In this document: positions 28,250 through 36,236 of the stretch, piece after piece
Layout of the letters: each line of letters opens with the position of its first letter
How positions within the stretch are numbered: the stretch's first letter is position 1
Assembly (NCBI GenBank): GCA_050287085.1
Contig: JBNKBE010000012.1
Location: 64,001 to 128,000 of the forward strand
Source: Polyangiaceae bacterium
GTDB taxonomy: Bacteria > Myxococcota_A > Polyangia > Polyangiales > Polyangiaceae
Length of the DNA: 64,000 bases
Direction of reading: 5' to 3'
Position numbers and translations under genes: made by a program
Notes under the pieces: model-generated
Told to the model about the DNA's origin: nothing
Databases searched by the model: none
The model's input: only the letters and a program-made list of their open reading frames with translations

Positions 28250-29215
28250 CTAACGACTCGCGGTGCCAGCGGCGTCGATGTGGTACTTGAATCCGACGCT
28301 GAAGGTGAGCGCCTGCGGACCGGATACGACGCCGCGGAAGCCCGCGTCGATCGTGAACTCAGGGGTCATATAGCCAAACCCTGCACTCAGGGCGTGAGAG
28401 CGATAGGCCTGTTCAAAACGGTATCCGGCGCGCAGAGGAATCGCATCCAAGAGGACCTCCGCGCCGAACATCGCTGTCGCCTTCGACTTCTCGTAGGAGC
28501 TGGTGTCCACAAGCACGTCACCCTCCAAAGAAAAGCTCTCCGTCCCAACCCCCACGCTCCCCCCAACGAGCAACGGGAGAAATCCGTGCCCGGGATCCGT
28601 TAGGTTCATGCCCACAACAGCCAACGCAAGCTCGGGGATAGGCCGGAGAGTGGCCCCAGCATCAACCGTCACGTCAGCGACGATGTTGCTCTTGGACAAT
28701 CCCGCACTCGCAACGCTCGGCTCGAGATAGTCCCCCGTCCGGGGGTATCCATCCTGGCTCAAGGTGAGATAGCGCAGCCCCCCTCCGAGCAGAAACTTAT
28801 CTCCCAATGGGGCAGCCAGGGAGAGGCGAAAATCACCGCTGCTCCGCTTCAACCCGTCCGGATCCTGACGGGTCCACAAGGCCGAAAGGCCCGCAGCGAT
28901 GCCCCGCTGATTGACCACGGAATCCACAACCGCGGCCCCATAGCTCTGCACACCCGCTCTTGGCACGAGCGTCCCAAGACCCGCTACGTGGTATACCCGG
29001 GTCGCCGCAATGTTAGCTGGGTTCTGCAGCACCGCGTCCGTAGAATTGCTCAGCGCCATAATGGCGCCCCCCATCGCTACCGCGCGCGGCGATTCCTGCA
29101 CCCCCGAGCGATAACCCACTTCCGGCGGAAGCTGTGAGGGACTGGCAAAGGCGCAAGGCGCTAGCAAGAGCGCTACCATCGCCGCACATGTGACGGCTCT
29201 ACTGTTGGGTGACAT
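28250..29215 (-). CDS. Outer-membrane beta-barrel protein (PorV/FadL-like N-terminal motif)
   Basis: Signal peptide ending AFA; PRAVAMGGA...A...NPA motif; amphipathic strands, LRAGY, FSVGFKY. Confidence 0.65.
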   Translation of the reverse strand: MSPNSRAVTCAAMVALLLAPCAFASPSQLPPEVGYRSGVQESPRAVAMGGAIMALSNSTDAVLQNPANIAATRVYHVAGLGTLVPRAGVQSYGAAVVDSVVNQRGIAAGLSALWTRQDPDGLKRSSGDFRLSLAAPLGDKFLLGGGLRYLTLSQDGYPRTGDYLEPSVASAGLSKSNIVADVTVDAGATLRPIPELALAVVGMNLTDPGHGFLPLLVGGSVGVGTESFSLEGDVLVDTSSYEKSKATAMFGAEVLLDAIPLRAGYRFEQAYRSHALSAGFGYMTPEFTIDAGFRGVVSGPQALTFSVGFKYHIDAAGTASR

Positions 29216-30241
29216 GGACTATAGGGCGCATTGGCACGCGCCGCTTGCGTAGTCGCATCGCTCCTGCCTGGGCAAACAAATAGCAGTGCTGGGCTCGCAA
29301 CAACCGTGTCAAGAACCAACACCGACGCTCGCACGGTTGTGCCATGAGCTACGGTCGGCCGGGTCAAAACGGTGAACAAGCGACAAGCAACCCACCCCCC
29401 TATTGCACCTGGCCTACACCTCGCGCCAATCGGAAATAGACTACAACGGCAGGCAATTCCGAGTTGTCCAGTCCATTGTTGCGGGCTTGCGCCGCTGGTG
29501 AGATGGCACTCTCCTGAGCCTCCATAAACCGACAGGAAGTCAGAGTTTCTCGGAGATTTTCAGCGTCAGATTTTTATTCGGGGGTTTGTATGCTGGATCG
29601 CCAAGCGCCCTCAAATACGTCGTTGAAGCAGGCCACAAACCGGTGTTAGCTGCGTCCTCGTTCAAGCCCCGGGGGTGACATCGTGGTATCGGCTTTCCTT
29701 CGCATTCAGTTTCCCATTCAGAGGATGTCGCAACTCATCAGCGTGTCCGAGTTGCACAACGCAGCACTTCACCGCGAAGACGCTCACTCCCCCTCGTATC
29801 GACGCTCGATAACAAGTCTCATCTCGAAGACGGCTCGCAACGTCTTCGAGTAGCATCGTGGTCGCCGAAAACTGGGCTTCTTCGCCGCAGCGATCCATCG
29901 TCCCCGACACGGATCGAGGCGTTCGGCGGTATGGAAACCAAGTGGACTGCAAGCCAAGCCCCTCACGCCCCCCCGTCTCCCATTCCAGCCTCAAACGTCG
30001 CTTCGTGTCACCGAATAGCTGATTGCTGGGGCTTCCTCGAGCTTACATACCCTTTTCCAGGTCCGAGCGTCTCGCAAGCCGCTCCTACTTCACGTCGAAT
30101 GCGTCAGAGCGCGTCAGAACTGCCCTCCTCATTCGTCTCGCAATAGCTCCTAGCTCACTAAGAGCTGGTCTCTCTTCATCCGCTGCAGCCTATCTCTTCC
30201 AGCGAGTAGGCTGGGTTTTCATCGCCCCCCTCGGAACGCCC

Positions 30242-32044
30242 TTGTCGTACACAGCCATTCCTGACGCATCCGTAGCCGCTCCCTCTTCGCACCTGCAGTA
30301 CCCCAACGTACCGCTCTGGGACAGGGCGCTACAGCACTTGCTCGACAATCTGCCTCCGCAGCTCGATCGCAACCTGCTGCAGCAGTGGCTCTCTAGCGTG
30401 CAGTTCGAAGGGCTTCAGGTTCATGCTGGACCAGACGGCTCAACGCAATGCCCAACGGCGGAACTCCGACTCCGGGCCCGCAATGACTTCGTGCGCGAGT
30501 GGGTTCAGGGAAACTACCAGGCGCTCATAGCGCAAACGATTGCGACCCTCGCTGGAATGAGCGTCTCGGTGAACTGGCAACCCTGTGGCGAACTCGTCCA
30601 TCCGGTGTTCCCTCCTCCCCAGGAAGAACCACGAGCACGAGCGCTGCCCATGGATGTCCGTGCATCCTTTCAATTCGACGCCCGGCCCCGGCAGAATGAC
30701 GTGGGACACGACCCGCGCACCGCCTCCACGTTGAGCCCCGTTGCCCCAAACGCGCTATCCAATTCCATACCAAACGGCGCGATGCCCCAGGGCGGCGCGA
30801 TGCATCCAAACGGCGCGATGCCTTCAAACGGCGCGATGCCTTCAAACGGCGCAATGCCCCAGGGCGGCGCGATGCCTCCAAACGGCGCGATGCATCCAAA
30901 CGCGGGCTATCGCCGTCCGGAGCGCCCTGCTTATGAGTCCAGAAACGCACCCGACTCAAGAGCCTTCACCTCGCAGCCGGACTCCAGCGCTTATCTCGCC
31001 GAAAGAACGCGGCGGGAACAACTCAATCCAAAGTACACTTTTCGCAACTTCGTTGTTGGCCCGAGCAACGAGCTCGCCAACGCCGCCGCAATAGGCAGCA
31101 GTGGTGGCGGGGGGCCGCGTTACAACCCGTTGTTCATCTGTGGCGGCACGGGCCTTGGCAAGACCCACTTGATGCACTCCATTGCGCATCAGGTATTCGA
31201 TCTGCGCCCCCATGCCTGCGTCCTGTACGTATCCGCCGAACGCTTCACCAACCAGTTCATCGAAGCGCTTCAGCACCACAAGATGGAGGAATTCCGGCGA
31301 CGATACCGCAGTGAGTGCGACGTGCTGTTGGTGGACGATATCCAATTCCTCGCGGGGCGCGAACAAACGCAGGAGGAATTCTTTCACACATTCAACGCTC
31401 TACATGAGGCAGACAAGCCCATCGTCGTCACCAGCGACAAGTACCCGCAAGACCTTCAACGAATGCCAGAGCGACTGATCTCGCGCTTTACCAGCGGGCT
31501 CGTGGCCGACATTCAGACCCCCGCCCTTGAGACGCGAGTAGCCATCGTTCGCAAGAAGGCGCAACTCGAGGGTATCCTGCTCGACGACGACGTCGCGGTA
31601 TTGCTAGCTCAGAATGTGAAGAGCAATGTCCGGGAACTCGAGGGAACGCTGATCCGGCTTGCCGCCAAGTCGAGTCTGCTCGGTCGTGCCATCGACATGG
31701 ACTTCGCTCGGCAGGAACTCGCTACTATCGCGCCGGCAAGAGCCGAGGTGCGCAGCATCGAAGACATTCAGCGCATCGTTTCCTCTCACTTCCGCATCAC
31801 CAACACCGAGTTGTTGAGCAAAGATCGGCATAAGAGCGTGGCCTTCGCCCGCCAGGTGGCCATGTACCTCTGCCGTCAACGACTCAAGAGCAGCTACCCT
31901 GAGCTGGGGCGCTCCTTCGGCAAGCGAGACCACACGACAGCGATGAACGCGATTCGCCGCATCGAACAGCTCAAGGAAAAGGATCCACAGGTAATCGCAC
32001 ATCTTGAAGCCCTTGAAAAAGAGCTCTCAAAAAGCGAGTATTAA
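30242..32044 (+). CDS. dnaA: Chromosomal replication initiator DnaA
   Basis: LNPKYTF.NFVVGPSN, YNPLFI.GGTGLGKTHL, LLVDDIQFL, QEEFFHTFN, NVRELEG, RDHTT; start uncertain (in-frame TTG 30242 chosen). Confidence 0.97.
   Translation: MSYTAIPDASVAAPSSHLQYPNVPLWDRALQHLLDNLPPQLDRNLLQQWLSSVQFEGLQVHAGPDGSTQCPTAELRLRARNDFVREWVQGNYQALIAQTIATLAGMSVSVNWQPCGELVHPVFPPPQEEPRARALPMDVRASFQFDARPRQNDVGHDPRTASTLSPVAPNALSNSIPNGAMPQGGAMHPNGAMPSNGAMPSNGAMPQGGAMPPNGAMHPNAGYRRPERPAYESRNAPDSRAFTSQPDSSAYLAERTRREQLNPKYTFRNFVVGPSNELANAAAIGSSGGGGPRYNPLFICGGTGLGKTHLMHSIAHQVFDLRPHACVLYVSAERFTNQFIEALQHHKMEEFRRRYRSECDVLLVDDIQFLAGREQTQEEFFHTFNALHEADKPIVVTSDKYPQDLQRMPERLISRFTSGLVADIQTPALETRVAIVRKKAQLEGILLDDDVAVLLAQNVKSNVRELEGTLIRLAAKSSLLGRAIDMDFARQELATIAPARAEVRSIEDIQRIVSSHFRITNTELLSKDRHKSVAFARQVAMYLCRQRLKSSYPELGRSFGKRDHTTAMNAIRRIEQLKEKDPQVIAHLEALEKELSKSEY
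30767..30907 (+). repeat. In-frame 18-bp tandem repeat in the DnaA domain II linker
   Basis: Seven xxxGAM units (IPNGAM PQGGAM HPNGAM PSNGAM PSNGAM PQGGAM PPNGAM) plus partial HPNAG. Confidence 0.95.
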
Positions 32045-32107
32045 CGAATACTTACCGCCGTTTCAGGTGAGTTTCTCGGCGCTTCCGTGCAGAATCTCGT
32101 CTACAAG

Positions 32108-32116
32108 TTGTCCACA
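32108..32116 (+). promoter_or_regulatory. Single DnaA-box-like sequence
   Basis: TTGTCCACA (1 mismatch to TTATCCACA) 64 nt after the dnaA stop. Confidence 0.45.
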
Positions 32117-32383
32117 GGCCCAAAACGGCCCCTACGAGTACAGAAGCTCGAACAAAAGCCCCCCGGCCAGCACGCCCACCAAGCCCTGTCCATCGCTCAT
32201 TCGCTGGCTAAGGGCCCGCGGATGGAAAGTCAGTCGCGAGCCGATCGAGACCGCCGCGAGGTGGGCGCGTGAGGAGCAAGCACCGCAGAGCTACTGGAGT
32301 TGGTCGAGGAGCACTGTGACGAGCCCGCTCACCGCAACAAGAGACTCGGCCGGCGCAAGTGGGACTTTCCCGTCCGGGGGCCT

Positions 32384-34213
32384 CTAACCCTCAGTTCCGT
32401 ACATCGACTCCGCTATGGAGAAGGTACTGTTTTCGAGCTGAGCGTAGGCGTTGCGGATCGTCACCAGGTCAGCACCACTCTCCAAGGTGTGGCGAAGAAG
32501 CTCGATGTCGTTGCGAATTGCGCTCGTCGCTTCCTCTCCAACGATGTCCCCGTAGCCTTCGATGGCCTGGGTTGAGGTGTAGATCAAAGCCTCTGCCTGA
32601 TTCTTCAGTTCGGCGAGCTCACGCCGCAGACTATCCGTCTGGCGAAAGCGCTCACCAGCCTCCACCAAGGCCGTCACCTCTTCCTCGGTCAGGCCGCTTG
32701 TGGGCTTGACGTGAACCGTCTGCACATTTCCGGTGCCAAGGTCTCGCGCCTCAACGGACAGCAACCCCTCCGCATCAACCGCAAACGCCACCTGAATCTT
32801 AGGAACCCCCCGCGGAGCGGGTGGGATTCCCGTCAAGTCAAAGCGCGCCAGACTACGATTGTCGGAAGCCATCTCCCGTTCGCCTTGAAGCACGTGAATC
32901 GGGACGAAACTCTGGTTGTCGACGCTCGTCGTGAAGATCTCGCTTCGCTCCGTAGGCAGCGTCGTGTTGCGAGGTATCAACTTGGTGAAGACGCCGCCGC
33001 CCGTTTCCACACCGATCGACAGCGGTGCAACATCCAGCAAGAGTACTTCCTCGATCTGCCCGATCAGGGCCGCACCCTGAATTGCCGCTCCAATCGCAAC
33101 AACCTCGTCCGGGTTTACACCTTTATGCGGCTCGCGACCGAAGAACTCCTTCACCGCCCGACGAACGGCGGGCATGCGGGTCATACCCCCCACCAGAACA
33201 ACTTCCTGGATGTCAGCGCGCGACAGCTGGATCTCCTGGAGTAGCGCATCGCAGGCTGCCGTGGTGCGCTCTATGAGGTCCATCGTTAGGATCTCGAGTT
33301 CGCTTCGTTTGATCGTGCGTTCTAGATGCAGAGGACCACTTTCCCCGGTCGTGATGAAGGGAACGTTGACCTGGGTCTGCAGCGCACTGGAGAGCTCATG
33401 CTTCGCCTTCTCGGCGGCTTCGCGCAAACGCTGTAGCGCCATGCGATTCTCTCGCAGATCGATCCCGTGCTGCTTCTGGAACTCGTCGGCGAGCGCATCA
33501 ATGATACGCACATCAAAGTCCTCGCCTCCCAGGTGCGTATCGCCGCCGGTACCCCGCACGTTGAATACGCCACCCGTGATCTCGAGCACCGATATATCGA
33601 ATGTGCCCCCGCCGAGATCGTAAATAGCAACGCGCTGGTCACTCGTTGTGTCGAGCCCGTAGGCGAGCGCCGCCGCGGTCGGCTCATTGACAATGCGTCG
33701 TACCTCCAGCCCGGCTATCGCCCCCGCGTCTTTCGTAGCCTGACGCTGAGCGTCGTCGAAATACGCCGGAACGGTGATGACGACATCGCTCACCGTCTCC
33801 CCGAGGTACGCCTCCGCTGATTCCTTGAGATGAGACAGCACTATGGCCGATATTTCGGGAGGCGACATGGCTTGGTCACGAACGCGCACCCATGCGTCCC
33901 CGTTCTCGTGGGATACGATTTCATACGCCACCATCTCAGCCTGACGCCGCACCTCGGCGGAGTCCGCCTTCCGTCCCATCAGACGCTTGACGGCGTGTAC
34001 CGTGTGTCGCGGATTTGTGGTCGCCTGTCGCTTTGCGACCTGACCCACAAGACGCTCTCCCCCTTCGGTGAATCCAACCAGACTCGGCGTGGTTCGAGCG
34101 CCATCCGCATTCGGAATGACTTGAACGTCGCGTTGTCCCTCCGCACCGGTGCCCTCCAGGACGGCCACGCATGAGTTGGTGGTACCTAGGTCAATTCCTA
34201 TCAACTTCGGCAT
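32384..34213 (-). CDS. dnaK: Molecular chaperone DnaK (Hsp70)
   Basis: IGIDLGTTNS, TVPAYF, NEPTAAALAYG, DLGGGTFD, VLLLDVAPLS linker, GIPPAPRGVP. Confidence 0.97.
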   Translation of the reverse strand: MPKLIGIDLGTTNSCVAVLEGTGAEGQRDVQVIPNADGARTTPSLVGFTEGGERLVGQVAKRQATTNPRHTVHAVKRLMGRKADSAEVRRQAEMVAYEIVSHENGDAWVRVRDQAMSPPEISAIVLSHLKESAEAYLGETVSDVVITVPAYFDDAQRQATKDAGAIAGLEVRRIVNEPTAAALAYGLDTTSDQRVAIYDLGGGTFDISVLEITGGVFNVRGTGGDTHLGGEDFDVRIIDALADEFQKQHGIDLRENRMALQRLREAAEKAKHELSSALQTQVNVPFITTGESGPLHLERTIKRSELEILTMDLIERTTAACDALLQEIQLSRADIQEVVLVGGMTRMPAVRRAVKEFFGREPHKGVNPDEVVAIGAAIQGAALIGQIEEVLLLDVAPLSIGVETGGGVFTKLIPRNTTLPTERSEIFTTSVDNQSFVPIHVLQGEREMASDNRSLARFDLTGIPPAPRGVPKIQVAFAVDAEGLLSVEARDLGTGNVQTVHVKPTSGLTEEEVTALVEAGERFRQTDSLRRELAELKNQAEALIYTSTQAIEGYGDIVGEEATSAIRNDIELLRHTLESGADLVTIRNAYAQLENSTFSIAESMYGTEG

Positions 34214-34333
34214 CGGCCCCTAGCTTAGTCCCAGCACGCGCAAGCGCCCCCAGCAATATGAGCAAAGCAGCGCAGGTGTCGCTTTTCGAACATCCGGCTG
34301 GTTCGACGACGAGCGCCCACCAGCCCTTAGCAG

Positions 34334-34933
34334 CTATTGGCCGCTGCCCGAGTCACCGGGTGGAGCCTTGGCCACGACCACCATCGCTGGCCGGATCAAG
34401 CGCTGCCCCGCGCGATAGCCCCCTTGCACCTCAGCCACGACCGAACCCGGCTCGGCGTCGGTAGTCTCAAGGTGTTGTATGGCTTCGTGAAACGCTGGGT
34501 CAAACGCTACTCCGACGCTGGTGACGCGCTCGATCCCAACGCGGGTCAAGGTGTCCTGAAACTGACGGGCGACCATTTCGATACCACTCGCAAACGAGCT
34601 TAGGTCGACCGCGCTCCCCGCCGCCGCCATCGCGCGTTCGAGATTGTCGAAGACCGGCAGGAGATCCTTGAGCATACCCTCACGCCCCTGAGAGCGCGCG
34701 TCTTCCTGCTCGCGCCTTGAGCGCTTCCGGAAATTATCAAAGTCGGCAGCTGTTCTCATCAGCTGCTCACGCAACTGCTGAACGCGCTGCTCAGCCTCCG
34801 CCAACAGATCGGCTACTGACGCCTCGCCGCTTTCGCCCGTCGGAGCGTCGCTGGCGCCATCGGTGTCGCCGGCTGACTCCGGGACAGTCGAAGGGGGAAC
34901 GTCCTGCTCAGGTCGCTCTGATTCGCTTGCCAC
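34334..34933 (-). CDS. grpE: Nucleotide exchange factor GrpE
   Basis: [31 protein letters not shown]....[10 protein letters not shown]. Confidence 0.96.
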   Translation of the reverse strand: MASESERPEQDVPPSTVPESAGDTDGASDAPTGESGEASVADLLAEAEQRVQQLREQLMRTAADFDNFRKRSRREQEDARSQGREGMLKDLLPVFDNLERAMAAAGSAVDLSSFASGIEMVARQFQDTLTRVGIERVTSVGVAFDPAFHEAIQHLETTDAEPGSVVAEVQGGYRAGQRLIRPAMVVVAKAPPGDSGSGQ

Positions 34934-35048
34934 GATGTCTCTTTATCCTGTTCCGAGATTGGTAGTGAGCCGGACCTACTATAGCCATCCCTGGGGAAGT
35001 GCAACCCTCGGCAGCGAAAGACCGCCCAAGGCTCAAGCCGGGCCAGGC

Positions 35049-36116
35049 TCAATGGGGGCTGCCCGGCATTGCTTCTGAACATCGACGATGGCGAAGGGCC
35101 GTCAGACTCCCACCCGTCGAGCGCCCGTCCTCACTTGCAGGTGGATTTGCCTGAAACCAACGATCCACCGGCCGGGGCAGCACCCAAAACTCCCCTGCTG
35201 GCAGGGTCCGAAGCGGATGGGATCCGGAGTCGGCGCTGGCCCGGCCGTAGGCGGCCGATTCGAGCCAGAAACAGTGCCGGTCATGATTGGGCGCCAGCAG
35301 GTGCGTGCGCCCGCGCCGGAGCAGTAGTTTCATGTCGCGCTGGGTGCCATCGGCGAAACTCAGGTGAAAGTGCCTGTGCCCAGCCGCAACGCGAACGTGA
35401 AGACCCGCCCCCGGGCTCTCCAAACTCGTCGGCTGAAGGGTCCCTAGGGGCCCCCCGTCCGCTGATAGGGTGACGGGCTGATTGCCTAGGTTGAGGATCA
35501 TCAGCTCAGGGAAGAGATAGCCGTACAGGATAGGAGCCAGCACCATGGCAGCCAATGGGACCCCAAGCGTCGATGCACGGACGACGGCTTCGTGGCGCCG
35601 CACTTCCTCGAGCTCGACCCGATTGAGGGCCGCCGCACGAGCCGCCCATGCTGGATGTGTACACACCAAGCGCTCAGGACCGGAGAAGAACACCGCCGCC
35701 CCCTCACTGCTGCGCCCCTGACCGGGCCTTCTATGCACCACCGAGAGAGCAATGATGGGCGCCAGGGACGCCGTCAGGACGGCCAAGCCAAAACCCCACA
35801 CGCTCGCTCGCGGCGCCAACACCGGCCAAGTCAAAGCCGCGGCGGAGGCGCCGACAAGCGCAGCCAGCACGGCCGCAAGCCTGCGGGTGACAACCGCCGC
35901 CTGCGCACCATAACAGCGCTCGCAATACGGCACGAGCAGCTGCTCAGCCGCCCCTTGGACCACCGCACTGCACGAGGCGTCCCCATCACAACACGCGCAT
36001 TCGGCCGGCAAGACTCCACCGCTTTCCGGCCAAACGAGCGCCCACGCCGGCCGAGGCGCGGGCAGCAATTCGAGCCCGCCCAGAGCCGCTCGAGAAGGAT
36101 CAGCCGTAATGCTCAC
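35049..36116 (-). CDS. Hypothetical membrane protein with N-terminal Cys pairs
   Basis: ECACC and PYCERC motifs, three hydrophobic helices, soluble C-terminus; start GTG 36116 inferred. Confidence 0.6.
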   Translation of the reverse strand: MSITADPSRAALGGLELLPAPRPAWALVWPESGGVLPAECACCDGDASCSAVVQGAAEQLLVPYCERCYGAQAAVVTRRLAAVLAALVGASAAALTWPVLAPRASVWGFGLAVLTASLAPIIALSVVHRRPGQGRSSEGAAVFFSGPERLVCTHPAWAARAAALNRVELEEVRRHEAVVRASTLGVPLAAMVLAPILYGYLFPELMILNLGNQPVTLSADGGPLGTLQPTSLESPGAGLHVRVAAGHRHFHLSFADGTQRDMKLLLRRGRTHLLAPNHDRHCFWLESAAYGRASADSGSHPLRTLPAGEFWVLPRPVDRWFQANPPASEDGRSTGGSLTALRHRRCSEAMPGSPH

Positions 36117-36236
36117 CGGCGCCAGTGTGCCGGGGGAGCCCCGGCCTGTCAAAAGGACCCGAACAACCCCGAAAACGGCGGGACCCCGGTCCACATATCG
36201 GTTGAGCCGAGCAGCGGGAGGGACTACCCCCATCGG

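Noticed and set aside
29231..29249. TTGGCACG...TTGC sigma54-like site
   Set aside because: GG-to-GC spacing is 12, not the required 10.
29662..30146. Short ORFs upstream of dnaA (e.g. rpmH or a leader peptide)
   Set aside because: No L34-like or other recognisable sequence and no convincing RBS.
30767..30907. Possible CRISPR or iteron array
   Set aside because: No spacers, 18-bp in-frame units inside dnaA, no cas or rep genes.
34934..35048. CIRCE or heat-shock promoter before grpE
   Set aside because: No TTAGCACTC-N9-GAGTGCTAA; the TTGCAC/TATAGT candidate has only a 15-nt spacer.
35592..36236. 215-aa N-terminal extension of UvrD in the ORF track
   Set aside because: R/P-rich, overlaps the opposite-strand gene; the canonical start is MQLNEPQ at 36237.
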